Source of the DNA: Minisyncoccota bacterium
GTDB taxonomy: Bacteria > Patescibacteriota > Minisyncoccia > Phycocordibacterales > CALRHW01
Direction: 5' to 3'
Assembly: GCA_046350795.1 (NCBI GenBank)
Contig: JAXLZT010000001.1
Location: 245,780 to 309,779 of the forward strand
Length of the DNA: 64,000 nt
The position numbers and the translations under genes were made by a program. Positions 28,547-38,176 of this stretch are shown piece after piece. Position 1 is the first letter of the stretch, and every line of letters begins with the position of its first letter. The notes beneath the pieces were generated by a model. That model was given only the letters and a program-made list of their open reading frames with translations. It was not told the DNA's origin and did not search any database.

Positions 28547-29266
28547 GTGCGAGCCCGTTTATCGGGAAAAATCAAGAACATGATGCTTCAAACATGGACA
28601 GCAGGACTAAGCCAATCATTCTTTAGTTTATGGAATGGTGTTGCTATGTTCCTACCAACACTTATTATCGCTGTGATAATAGTGGTTATCGGATGGATTG
28701 TTGGTTCACTTCTAGGACGAGTAGTTTCTCAAGTTATAAAATCAGTAAATGTCGATCAGGCTTTGCGAAAGGCTGGAGTAGAGGAAACTCTTCAAAAGGG
28801 AGGTGTACACCTTAATTCAGGAAATTTCATAGGTGGACTAGTGAGATGGTTTGTCATTGTTGTGTTTTTAGTTGCAGCCTTTGATGTACTAGGACTTGTA
28901 CAGGTAAATCAATTCCTATACAACGTAGTACTTCTTTACATGCCAAATGTAATCGTAGCTGTACTTGTACTTCTTTTGGCTGCTGTTATTGGTGATGCAT
29001 TACAAAGAATTGTATCTGCTTCAGCTCGTACAGCTGGACTAAGATCTTCTGCTTTGCTCGGTGTGGTAGCACGATGGACTATTTGGATTTTCGGTCTACT
29101 TGTAGCACTATCTCAGCTTGGTATTGCAGCTCCATTTATACAGACTCTATTTACAGGAGTTGTTGTGGCTCTTTCTCTCGCTCTTGGACTATCATTTGGT
29201 CTAGGAGGCCAGGAGGCAGCTGCTCGATTTATCGAGAAGACTCGACAAGAGATTTCTCACAAATAA
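28547..29266 (+). CDS. polytopic membrane protein (conserved TM-helix repeat, mechanosensitive-channel-like)
   Basis: It has repeated TM helices and moderately elevated GC. A strong intrinsic terminator follows it. Confidence 0.5.
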   Translation: MRARLSGKIKNMMLQTWTAGLSQSFFSLWNGVAMFLPTLIIAVIIVVIGWIVGSLLGRVVSQVIKSVNVDQALRKAGVEETLQKGGVHLNSGNFIGGLVRWFVIVVFLVAAFDVLGLVQVNQFLYNVVLLYMPNVIVAVLVLLLAAVIGDALQRIVSASARTAGLRSSALLGVVARWTIWIFGLLVALSQLGIAAPFIQTLFTGVVVALSLALGLSFGLGGQEAAARFIEKTRQEISHK

Positions 29267-29308
29267 TAATTGGGATTATATTATTTAATCTAGGTAATAT
29301 TTTTCAGC

Positions 29309-29340
29309 AAAAAACACCCGAGAGGGTGTTTTTTGTTTTC
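29309..29340 (+). terminator. intrinsic terminator after the membrane-protein gene
   Basis: AAAAAACACCCGAGAGGGTGTTTTTTGTTTT. Confidence 0.8.
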
Positions 29341-29353
29341 CTTAGAAACTTCA

Positions 29354-29447
29354 AGAAAGTAACCTTTGAAATGCACGCATAAATCGCTGCTGCGATTTTG
29401 CTATGCTCGGCTACCCGCCTGCGCAATGCATTTCAAAGGTTACTTTC
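29354..29447 (+). repeat. family-B structured repeat element, copy B3 (diverged)
   Basis: GCACGCATAAATCGCTGCTGCGATTTTGCTATGCTCGGCTACCCGCCTGCGCAATGCA flanked by AGAAAGTAACCTTTGAAATGCA/TGCATTTCAAAGGTTACTTTC. Confidence 0.7.
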
Positions 29448-29555
29448 GTTACGTTATCTAGTAGAAAAAATTTATCACTTCTTTAGCGTGGCTTTAGGTG
29501 CCGTTTTTTAAAATTTACAAAGAATCGTTCTTTTTAGCCTCTTTGAAAGGAGAAT

Positions 29556-30716
29556 GTGATGAACACTGTTGCGGTTTTGATCTGCGCTTTTTTGTTTGGC
29601 GGTGGATTTGATCATGTTTTGCTGGAGACCAGGTATCGTGTTACTGATCTCGGTGTACTGCCGGAACATCAGAGCTCACGTGCTTTTTCTGTGAACAATC
29701 GTAGTGTGGTGGTGGGTGAGTCTACGCAGGGTTTTCTCACACAGCACGCTTTTGTGTGGAAGATCGGTAGTTCCATGCGTGACTACATGGATTTTGGTGT
29801 GGGTCAGACTGTTGCATTGGGGGTGAGTGATTGTGGATATGTGACTGGCACACATTCGGGCGTTGATGGAGTATCTCATGGATGGATTTGGCGAGGAGGG
29901 CAGACAAGAGGTCAAGGCGAAAAGCTTTTCGACCTAGGTACGCTCGGTGGTAACTTTTGTGCGCCATACGCTGTGAATGACAATGGTGTTGTGGTGGGCG
30001 TGTCTCACAATGCAGATTACAAAAACCATGCGTTTTTGTGGCGAGACGGAGTGATGAACGATCTCTTTCCTCAGTATGATTTTAGTGTAGCAACTGATAT
30101 CAATGAGGCTGGCCAATCTTGTGGTTTTTTCCAAGATGTCTCTGGTGCGAGCGTGGCTTTTTTGCGCTCAACAGATGGGCAAACACTTGAGCTTGGTACC
30201 CTTGGAGGTGATCACTCTGTGGCACTTGGTTTGTGTGATCTTGTGTCAGGAGAAAACCATCCGAGAGTTGTGGGATCTTCGTATCTTTCTACTGGTCATC
30301 GTCATGCATTTCTTTTTGAAAATGGAGAGATGTGTGATCTGGGGACTTTGGAAAATGATCGTGACGGAAATGACACGACTAGCGAGGCATTTGAAATAAA
30401 TAATCATGGCGTTGTGATCGGTGAGTCAGTATCGCTCGGCGCGCCGGCGAGAGCGTTCGTCTGGTCGCGCGCGGAGGGGATGCGGGACTTGCAGAGCCTC
30501 ATCCTCTGTCCCACCGGCGCGCCCACATCGCGCACACCACCCACTTTTCATCTCGAGCGTGTGAGTGATATCAATGATTCTGGCCAGATTGTCGGCTGGG
30601 GATATTTTGGTGAAATTGACGGCGATGGCAACAAGCCACCAACGCACGCCGTCATTTTGACACCCATTAGTTGTCCCCAAGCTCTCCACAACTTCTCCAC
30701 AAAAGAGACAAAATAA
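29556..30716 (+). CDS. HAF-repeat family extracellular protein (GC-rich, probably foreign)
   Basis: It has a signal peptide and repeated HAF(L/V)W...DLGTLGG... units. Strong SD AAGGAG at 29547-29552. The start is GTG at 29556 or ATG at 29559. GC is ~52%. Confidence 0.6.
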   Translation: MMNTVAVLICAFLFGGGFDHVLLETRYRVTDLGVLPEHQSSRAFSVNNRSVVVGESTQGFLTQHAFVWKIGSSMRDYMDFGVGQTVALGVSDCGYVTGTHSGVDGVSHGWIWRGGQTRGQGEKLFDLGTLGGNFCAPYAVNDNGVVVGVSHNADYKNHAFLWRDGVMNDLFPQYDFSVATDINEAGQSCGFFQDVSGASVAFLRSTDGQTLELGTLGGDHSVALGLCDLVSGENHPRVVGSSYLSTGHRHAFLFENGEMCDLGTLENDRDGNDTTSEAFEINNHGVVIGESVSLGAPARAFVWSRAEGMRDLQSLILCPTGAPTSRTPPTFHLERVSDINDSGQIVGWGYFGEIDGDGNKPPTHAVILTPISCPQALHNFSTKETK

Positions 30717-30726
30717 ACCAAAAACC

Positions 30727-30751
30727 ACAGCCCGCTAACCCCGGGCTTTTT
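30727..30751 (+). terminator. intrinsic terminator after the HAF-repeat gene
   Basis: CAGCCCGCTAACCCCGGGCTTTTTG. Confidence 0.65.
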
Positions 30752-30800
30752 GTATGGAAGGGAGTAATAATGTGTGGTAACTAGTCTTGAGAAACCTAGT

Positions 30801-30890
30801 AAAATAGCCTCAAAAATGTGTTGCGGAGCGCTTGGCGCGAGCATAACGAAATTTCAGCAGAAATTTACGTGCACATTTTTGAGGCTATTT
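30801..30890 (-). repeat. family-B structured repeat element, copy B4 (diverged, inverted)
   Basis: The reverse complement gives TGCACGTAAATTTCTGCTGAAATTTCGTTATGCTCGCGCCAAGCGCTCCGCAA flanked by AAAATAGCCTCAAAAATGTG/CACATTTTTGAGGCTATTTT. Confidence 0.65.
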
Positions 30891-30911
30891 TGCTATGATT
30901 TCTATACCTTG

Positions 30912-30939
30912 TTGACATAATTTTACCTATGTATATACT
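30912..30939 (+). promoter_or_regulatory. sigma70-type promoter for the 23S-tRNAGly-5S unit (TTGACA-N16-TATACT)
   Basis: It is a near-consensus promoter about 370 nt upstream of 23S. Confidence 0.5.
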
Positions 30940-31017
30940 GTTATTTATCTCTGATATGCGTAAATTAATTAATCCAACAATAAAGCGGTAAAGATAACGT
31001 TATTTTTATGTTATCCC

Positions 31018-31041
31018 TGCCGCTTTCAAGCGGTTTTTTTC
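31018..31041 (+). terminator. terminator-like hairpin plus T8 inside the 23S leader
   Basis: GCCGCTTTCAAGCGGTTTTTTT lies between the putative promoter and mature 23S. Confidence 0.4.
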
Positions 31042-31804
31042 TTTAAAAAATCGCAGGATTAAAAGAGGATCGTGTACAGAAGTTTTTTGACAAAAATCAC
31101 ATGAAAAGCCCGAGGGCGATTTATGTGATCATTCCTGTCGCACACCCTTTTTCTGAGGTCTTAGTGGTGTGAAGACAGGTGCAGAAACTGTTATATATGA
31201 TTGTTAATTATATGTAACAGAGTAAAAAGAAACTGTCGCGAAAGCGACAGAGTAAGTTAAATATTGTGGTTTTTAAATTTCCTAATAGGAAATTTAAGAG
31301 CATATGGTGGATGCCTTGACTCTAAGAGGCGAAGAAGGACGTGGTCTGGCTGCGATAAGCTTCGGGGAGGTGCCTAGCAACCTTTGATCCGAAGATTTCC
31401 GAATGGGGAAACCCTATAGCGTAAGCTATAATCATGCACTTGATGTGTGATGCAAACTCTGGGAAGTAAAACATTTCAGTACCAGAAGGAAAAGAAACTA
31501 ACAAGCATTTCCTTAGTAGCGGCGAGCGAAAAGGAAGAAGCCCAAACCGAGCTTCATTCTCACGATGCATTTATGTGTTGTGGGAATGACGCTCGGGGTT
31601 ATAAGACGACAACTCAATTTATATTGAGAGAGTTACAAAACATTTTGTTAATGGAATACGCTGGAAAGCGTGACCCTAGGGGGTAATAGTCCCGTACATG
31701 AAAATAAAATGTCTCTTACGTTGTTGTTCTTGAGTACCTCAAGACACGTGTGGCTTGAGGGAATTTACCGGAACTAACCGGAAAGGCTAAATACTCTTAG
31801 AGAT

Positions 31805-31841
<37 letters not shown>

Positions 31842-33260
31842 CAACCCGATTAGGGTGGTGAAATAGACCTGAAACCATATGCTTACAAGGAGTCAGAGCG
31901 GACGTCGCAAGACTGTTCCGTCATGGCGTGCCTATTGAAGAATGAGCCAACGAGTTTATGTATGCTGCAGGCTAAGTGCGAGAGCATGGAGCCATAGGGA
32001 AACCGAGTGTGAATAGCGCGTTTGTAGTATATATAAGACCCGAAGCCAAGTGAGCTTGCCATGAGCAGGGTGAACTTATGAGAAATCGTAAGGGAGGCCC
32101 GAACCGATAAGCCGTGCAATACTTCCGGATGACTTGTGGTAAGAAGTGAAAAGCTAATCGAACTTGGTAATAGCTGGTTCTCTCCGAAATAGCTTTTGGG
32201 CTAGCGTCGAGTGTACCCTAGAGGGGTAGAGCACTGGATGGTTTAAACAGGGCGAAAGCTCGTTAAACCAATCAAACTCCGAATACTCTAGATTAATTAC
32301 TCGGCAGTTAGACTCTGGGGGCTAAGCTCCAGTGGTCAAAAGGGAAACAGCCCGGATCTCAAGTTAAGGTCCCTAAATCAACGCTAAGTGCACTTAAGGT
32401 GGTAGAATTTCTCAGACACTGAGGAGGTTGGCTTAGAAGCAGCCATCCTTTAAAGAAAGCGTAACAGCTCACTCAGTAAGAGATTTTGCGCCGCAGATAA
32501 TCGGGGCTAAGCGTAGTACCGAAACTGAGGATGTGTCGTCGATTCGTCGATGATACGTGGTAGGAGAGTATTCTTGTCTGCTGTGAAGGCAAAGGGGTGA
32601 CCCATGCTGGAGCGTCAAGAAGTAAGAATGTTGGCACAAGTAACCGCAATGCGGGTGAGAGTCCCGCACACCGAAAGACTAAGGTTTCCTTGGCAATGTC
32701 AATCATCCAAGGGTTAGTCGGGCCTAAGGCAATGGAGAAATCCGCAGCCGATGGACACATGGTTAATATTCCATGACTTCTGTATACAGCGATGGAAGGA
32801 CGGAGTTCAGTATGTTTCGCATGTTATTGGATTTGTGTTCGTGTTGTAAGAAAGCTTCACAGGTAAATCCGTGAACTGATTTAAATATCGATTTCAAGCA
32901 AAGCGAAAATGTCGGGTAACCGGCAAATGAAACAAAGCGAGCTTCCAAGAAAATTTTCTAAGCTTATGTATATAGGATCCGTACCGCAAACCGACACAGG
33001 TAGTCAGCTCGAGTAGAGTAAGGTGAACGAGTGAGAGGTCCCCAAGGAACTCGGCAAAAAAGCAGCCGTAACTTCGGAATAAGGCTTGCCCTTCGCAAGA
33101 AGGGCCGCAGCTAAAGTATCTCTGGCAACTGTTTATCAAAAACACAGCTCCCTGCGAACTCGTAAGAGGATGTATAGGGGGTGACACTTGACCAATGCCA
33201 GAAGGTCAAACAACGACTGTCTGCTTTCGCAAGATTGCAGGCCGATTGTTGTAAGCCCTG

Positions 33261-33295
<35 letters not shown>

Positions 33296-33512
33296 TCTGA
33301 GATTATCGCAAGATGATTTCAGAATGACTGGGACTGTTATGTGGCAAAGTGGCTGTTTAGATAAACGAAAAAGTTAAATCATTACATAAAAATGCTACCT
33401 ACTTTGTAGTAATACAAAGTCAGTCAAAATGTGGTTGGCAAGAGACCAACGCCACACATCCTACTCCGAAGAGAGGATGAAGATAGAGTCCGTCTGTGTA
33501 AAGGAATAGACG
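33296..33512 (+). other. putative ORF-less group I intron in 23S (E. coli ~1917 region)
   Basis: It inserts between the conserved CGGTCCTAAGGT and AGCGAAATTCCTTGTC. The 5' exon ends in U and the insertion ends in G. Confidence 0.55.
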
Positions 33513-34175
33513 AGCGAAATTCCTTGTCAGGTAAGTTCTGACGCGCACGAATAGTGTAATGACTGGAGAACTGTCTCGGGGACTTGCTCGGTGAAAATAC
33601 AGTACCGGTGAAGATGCCGGTTACCTGCAGTTAGACGAAAAGACCCCAGGAGCTTTACTGCAACTTGATATTGCATGTATGTTTTTTATGCGTAGCGTAG
33701 ATGGGAGGATTTGAAGTTTATCTTTCGGGGTAGATGGATCCGACAGTGAAATACCATTCTTAAAAAATATACCTGCTAACCCACACGGAAAAAACGAGCG
33801 GGGACAGTATCTGGCGGGCAGTTTTAGTGGGGCGCTATCCTCCTAAAGAGTAACGGAGGAGTTTATTAAGGTCAGCTAGGCGCGAATGGAAACCGTGCCG
33901 ATAGTGTAATGGCATAAGCTGGCTTAACTGTAAGACGTACTTGTCGAGCAGATACGAAAGTAGAACATAGTGAACCGACCATGCGCATTAGAGGCGGTGG
34001 GAGATTATCGGATAAAAGCTACCCTGGGGATAACAGGCTGGTTGTGCCTAAGAGTCCATATCGACGGCACAGTTCGGCACCTCGATGTCGGCTCTACTTA
34101 TCCTGGAGGTGGAGAAGCTTCCAAGGGTATGGCTGTTCGCCATTTAAAAAGTAACGCGAGCTGGGTTCAGACCGT

Positions 34176-34456
34176 TCAGAGGCAGATGAGTAATCGCCCT
34201 TGAGCAATCTGAATCCTCAGAGGAATTGTTTGAAATGTTTTTGTTTTTGAAAAAGAAAGTGAAACCAACCAATCACGGCGGTCGCACAATGCGTAAAGCA
34301 ATGCGCGATTAAAGCTGATGAATATCGATGAAACCCCAATGGGCAACGTCGAGGGAAGTCGAAAGACACCCGTAGAGACTACATATCGGCCGTGACGCGG
34401 ACAACACGTGTACACGAAGGCATAGTCCAATGCACACAGTAATGTGTGGGAACATG
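34176..34456 (+). other. putative ORF-less group I intron in 23S (E. coli ~2593 region)
   Basis: It inserts between GGGTTCAGACCGT and CGTGAGACAGGTTGGTC. The 5' exon ends in U and the insertion ends in G. Confidence 0.55.
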
Positions 34457-34832
34457 CGTGAGACAGGTTGGTCTCCTATCTACTGCAGGCGTTGATTCTT
34501 GAGGAGATTTGACTCTAGTACGAGAGGACCGAGTTGAACTGACCTCTGGTCTATCTGCTGTCACGCCAGTGGCACCGCAGAGTAGCTATGTCGGGAATGG
34601 ATAACTTCTGAAAGCATCTAAGAAGGAAGCCAACTCCAAGATTAGGAATCGTTTGAGACTCGTGAGAGATGATCACGTTGATAGGCTTTAGGTATAAGCA
34701 CAGTAATGTGTTGAGCCGAGAAGTACTAATAAGTCGATTCTATTAGGAAATTTGAAAACCATCTTTTTACTCTGTTACATGGGATGAACAATCCTGTGAT
34801 TTATGCAGTTATTTGAAAACTAAATACTGAAG

Positions 34833-34905
34833 ATAAAATTGCTCTTATAGCTCAGCGGCAGAGTGTCGGCGTGCCACGCCGAAGGTCGTTGGTTCAAATC
34901 CAACT
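34833..34905 (+). tRNA. tRNA-Gly (GCC)
   Basis: It folds by hand into a cloverleaf (acceptor GCTCTTA/TGAGAGC, anticodon loop GTGCCAC). It lies between 23S and 5S. Confidence 0.75.
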
Positions 34906-35142
34906 GAGAGCTTCCCGCCAAGGGAACGGGCGGGTGTTGGTTGCGTTGGCCCAACCTTAGGGAGTCCTGGAGCTTGGTGTCGGAGCCAAGAAGTTGTCTG
35001 CTACCACGACGGAAGCAGGTACTCCAGGCTCTCTGAGGGCCAAGCAAGACGTTGTTCTTTGTTTATTTTCAGTCACAAGAGCTTTGCTCTCGTGTTCAGT
35101 ATTTAGTTTTCAAATGACGCTTGGTTTTTTGAATCTTTAGTT

Positions 35143-35250
35143 TTGGTGGCTCGACGTGGTGGTCACACCCCTTCCCATTCCGAACAGGGCAGTTAAGCAC
35201 CATAGTGCCGATGATACTCCGATGAGGGGGAAAGTAGGTAGCCGCCAGAA
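35143..35250 (+). rRNA. rrf: 5S rRNA
   Basis: It has CCCATTCCGAACAGGGCAGTTAAGC...GTGCCGATGATACTCC and a terminal helix TGGTGGC/GCCGCCA. Confidence 0.85.
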
Positions 35251-35271
35251 CTAAGGATTTAAAACTAGACA

Positions 35272-35377
35272 AAAACAAAAGACATTAAATGGGCACGGAT
35301 TTTTTGAAGCTTAAAAAATCCTGAAACGCTCGGCTCGACAGCCTCGCGACCCCCCATTTAGTGTCTTTTGTTTTTTT
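35272..35377 (-). repeat. family-A structured repeat element, copy A3 (inverted orientation)
   Basis: The reverse complement of the core is flanked by CAAAAGACATTAAATGGG/CCCATTTAGTGTCTTTTG plus a T-run. It lies immediately downstream of 5S rRNA. Confidence 0.8.
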
Positions 35378-35411
35378 GCCCATCTTTCTATTGTGTTATT
35401 ATTAGTGCAAC

Positions 35412-36791
35412 ATGTCATCCTGGTCCGCAAAAAGAAAACTCACTTACGCAATAATGTTTTTTTCTTTTGTTGTGATTGTTGTGGGTATTCCTACTTTTTT
35501 CCTTTGGTATCAAAAGCCGACATGTTTTGATACAAAGAAGAATGGTGATGAGATAGGTGTGGATTGTGGCGGATCTTGTCGTTTACTGTGCAGTTTTGAA
35601 GCTATTGCACCAGATATACTTTGGAGCAGATCGTTTAAAGTAGCTTCTGGTTTGTATTCTGCTACTGCATATGTCCAAAATCACAATTTTGATTCTGAAG
35701 CAGTAAATACTCCATATATTTTTAAAATATATGACAAAACCAACTCTCTTATTGCGACACGTACAGGAAATGCTTACATTCCAAAAAATAAAATTTTTGC
35801 TGTTTTTGAGCCGATTATAAATGTGGGTGACAAGATCCCGTACCGTACCACTTTTGAATTTACGGCCGAGCCAGTCTGGGTAAAAGATGATTCTGCACCA
35901 CCTGACCTACTAGTCAAAGAAAAATCTCTATCACGTGAAGATACTTTGCCACGTATTGACGCGAGTATACAAAATAATTCTTTGATACCATTTTCAAATA
36001 TAGAAGTTGTCGCTTTGGTCTATGATGGCAAAGACAACGCTATTGGCGCATCACGTACCTATATAGATTCACTTGCAAAAGACCAATCCGCAGATGTTGT
36101 TTTTACTTGGCCAGCGCCATTTGATGTACAGACCAGTGTATGCAAGACTCCAGCAAACGTCATGATGGTGATAGATAGATCTGGAAGTATGGCAAGTGAT
36201 GGACAAAATCCACCCCAACCACTGACTGATGTAAAAAATGCCGCTACTTTGTTTGTAAATCAACTAGGTGAATCTGATAAAGTTGGTTTAGTATCATATG
36301 CTGATATGTCTTCGAGTCCAATAGACGCGGAGCTCACGTCTGATTTTAAAAAGGTAAAAGATTCTATTTTATCTATAAAAATAGGCACAGATGCATTGCA
36401 ACAGACAAATATTGGTGACGGTTTACAAAAAGCCCTCCTTGAGCTTGGTTCAGAGAGGTATGATAATGTTGCAAGAAAAATAATAATTATGCTTACTGAT
36501 GGTATACCCACACGACCGCTAAAAACTGGGGATGAAAAATATCCAGAGACTTTTGCGTCAAAGATAGCGGATGAAGCCAAGAAATCTGGTGTACAGCTAT
36601 ACACTATTGGTCTAGGTAAAAATGTGAATCAAGAATATTTAAAAAATTTGGCTTCTACACCAGATCATTATTTTGCTGTTGTTTCTAGTAAAAATCTTGG
36701 TGATATCTACAAACAAATAGCCACATCTATTTGTAAAGACACTCCTACATCGATTGAGATTATTCCGATAGTTCAGAAAAACTTTATTTAA
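35412..36791 (+). CDS. membrane-anchored von Willebrand factor type A (vWA) domain protein
   Basis: It has an N-terminal TM helix and a MIDAS motif (MMVIDRSGSMASDG...TDGIPTRP). Confidence 0.7.
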   Translation: MSSWSAKRKLTYAIMFFSFVVIVVGIPTFFLWYQKPTCFDTKKNGDEIGVDCGGSCRLLCSFEAIAPDILWSRSFKVASGLYSATAYVQNHNFDSEAVNTPYIFKIYDKTNSLIATRTGNAYIPKNKIFAVFEPIINVGDKIPYRTTFEFTAEPVWVKDDSAPPDLLVKEKSLSREDTLPRIDASIQNNSLIPFSNIEVVALVYDGKDNAIGASRTYIDSLAKDQSADVVFTWPAPFDVQTSVCKTPANVMMVIDRSGSMASDGQNPPQPLTDVKNAATLFVNQLGESDKVGLVSYADMSSSPIDAELTSDFKKVKDSILSIKIGTDALQQTNIGDGLQKALLELGSERYDNVARKIIIMLTDGIPTRPLKTGDEKYPETFASKIADEAKKSGVQLYTIGLGKNVNQEYLKNLASTPDHYFAVVSSKNLGDIYKQIATSICKDTPTSIEIIPIVQKNFI

Positions 36792-36809
36792 ATTTATTTA
36801 ATATAGAAA

Positions 36810-37964
36810 ATGGAAAACTCCATTACCACAAAGATATCAAGATTTTTTCCATTATTCTTACGAGAAAAGCTTTTGGGAATAGATTGGATGCTTTTGTCAT
36901 CAGCTTTTTTGATAGCTTTGGCTGGATTGGTGACAATGAATTCTTTTGTAGAAGAGCAGAGTCATTTTTTTGAAAAACAATTGATCTGGATTGTTGTTTC
37001 TGTTGTGCTTTTTTTCTTGGTCAGTGTTGTTGATTTTAGATTTCTTCGTAGGTCAGGTGTAATAATAACTATTTTTATAGTATCTTGCGTAGTTTTGGCG
37101 CTACTTTTTTTGATAGGACATGTTTCAAAGGGTGCGCAGAGCTGGTTTCATTTGGGAGCTTTTTCAGTTCAGCCGTCAGATTTAAGTAAACTTGTTCTTA
37201 TTTTGATTTTATCAAAATATTTTACGCGACGACACGTAGAGATAGCGCATATTAGACACATTATTGTGTCAGCTTTCTATGCTTTCGTTTTGTTTTTTCT
37301 TATTTTGCTTCAGCCGGACTTTGGAGGTGCGATAATCATATTTTTGCTTTGGTTTGGTATGGTGATGGTGTCTGGAATATCAAAGAAGCATTTAATCACA
37401 GTTTTTTTGGTTGGTATCACAGCTTTTTCAGGGCTATGGTTTTATGTTTTTCAGGATTATCAAAAGCAGAGAATTATGACTTTTATAAATCCACTAGCTG
37501 ACGTACGTGGCGCTGGCTACAACGCTTATCAGTCTATGATAGCTGTGGGTTCTGGCCAAATTCTTGGAAAGGGTGTGGGTTATGGTACACAATCAAAACT
37601 TCGATTTTTGCCGGAATATCAGACGGATTTTATATTTGCGGCCTTTGCTGAGGAGTGGGGTTTTGTGGGAGTTGTGATTATCTTTTTGTTGTTTGGTGTA
37701 ATGATATGGAGGATTTTAGAAAATGCTTTTCGCGGTGCGACAAATTTTGAGATGCTTTTTGGTATGGGGATAGCAATATTTTTTATGATTCATTTCATCA
37801 TTAATATTGGAATGAATATAGGTCTTTTGCCCGTTACCGGTATTACCGTGCCTTTTATGAGTTATGGAGGTAGTCATTTGCTGACAGAGTTTTTGGCGCT
37901 TGGAATGATTATGGGTATGAGGCGGTATAGTAGATCTACCCACAAAGACCTACTTTCTTCTTAG
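36810..37964 (+). CDS. ftsW: SEDS family peptidoglycan glycosyltransferase FtsW/RodA
   Basis: It has 10 TM helices and conserved SEDS motifs (PSDLSKL, QPDFGGA, GITVPFMSYGGSHLL). Confidence 0.85.
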   Translation: MENSITTKISRFFPLFLREKLLGIDWMLLSSAFLIALAGLVTMNSFVEEQSHFFEKQLIWIVVSVVLFFLVSVVDFRFLRRSGVIITIFIVSCVVLALLFLIGHVSKGAQSWFHLGAFSVQPSDLSKLVLILILSKYFTRRHVEIAHIRHIIVSAFYAFVLFFLILLQPDFGGAIIIFLLWFGMVMVSGISKKHLITVFLVGITAFSGLWFYVFQDYQKQRIMTFINPLADVRGAGYNAYQSMIAVGSGQILGKGVGYGTQSKLRFLPEYQTDFIFAAFAEEWGFVGVVIIFLLFGVMIWRILENAFRGATNFEMLFGMGIAIFFMIHFIINIGMNIGLLPVTGITVPFMSYGGSHLLTEFLALGMIMGMRRYSRSTHKDLLSS

Positions 37965-37969
37965 TTTTT

Positions 37970-38173
37970 TTAAAAAACAAAATTTGCAAATACGTATAGA
38001 GAGGCTACAAATGCGATTATTGCAATAACACCAAGAGCGAGATTGGCTTGTTGTGTTGTCTTTATTACTCCGGTTTTCATCAGTATTTTTGCAAGGGTAG
38101 GGATATTTTCTATTTGTTTTGGCACCTGGTTTATTAAGGTGTTTTCTTCTTCAAATTCTACTTCTTCGTTCAT
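37970..38173 (-). CDS. small hypothetical tail-anchored membrane protein
   Basis: 67 aa with an acidic N-terminus and a C-terminal TM helix. It abuts the glycosyltransferase gene on the same strand. Confidence 0.3.
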   Translation of the reverse strand: MNEEVEFEEENTLINQVPKQIENIPTLAKILMKTGVIKTTQQANLALGVIAIIAFVASLYVFANFVF

Positions 38174-38176
38174 ACG

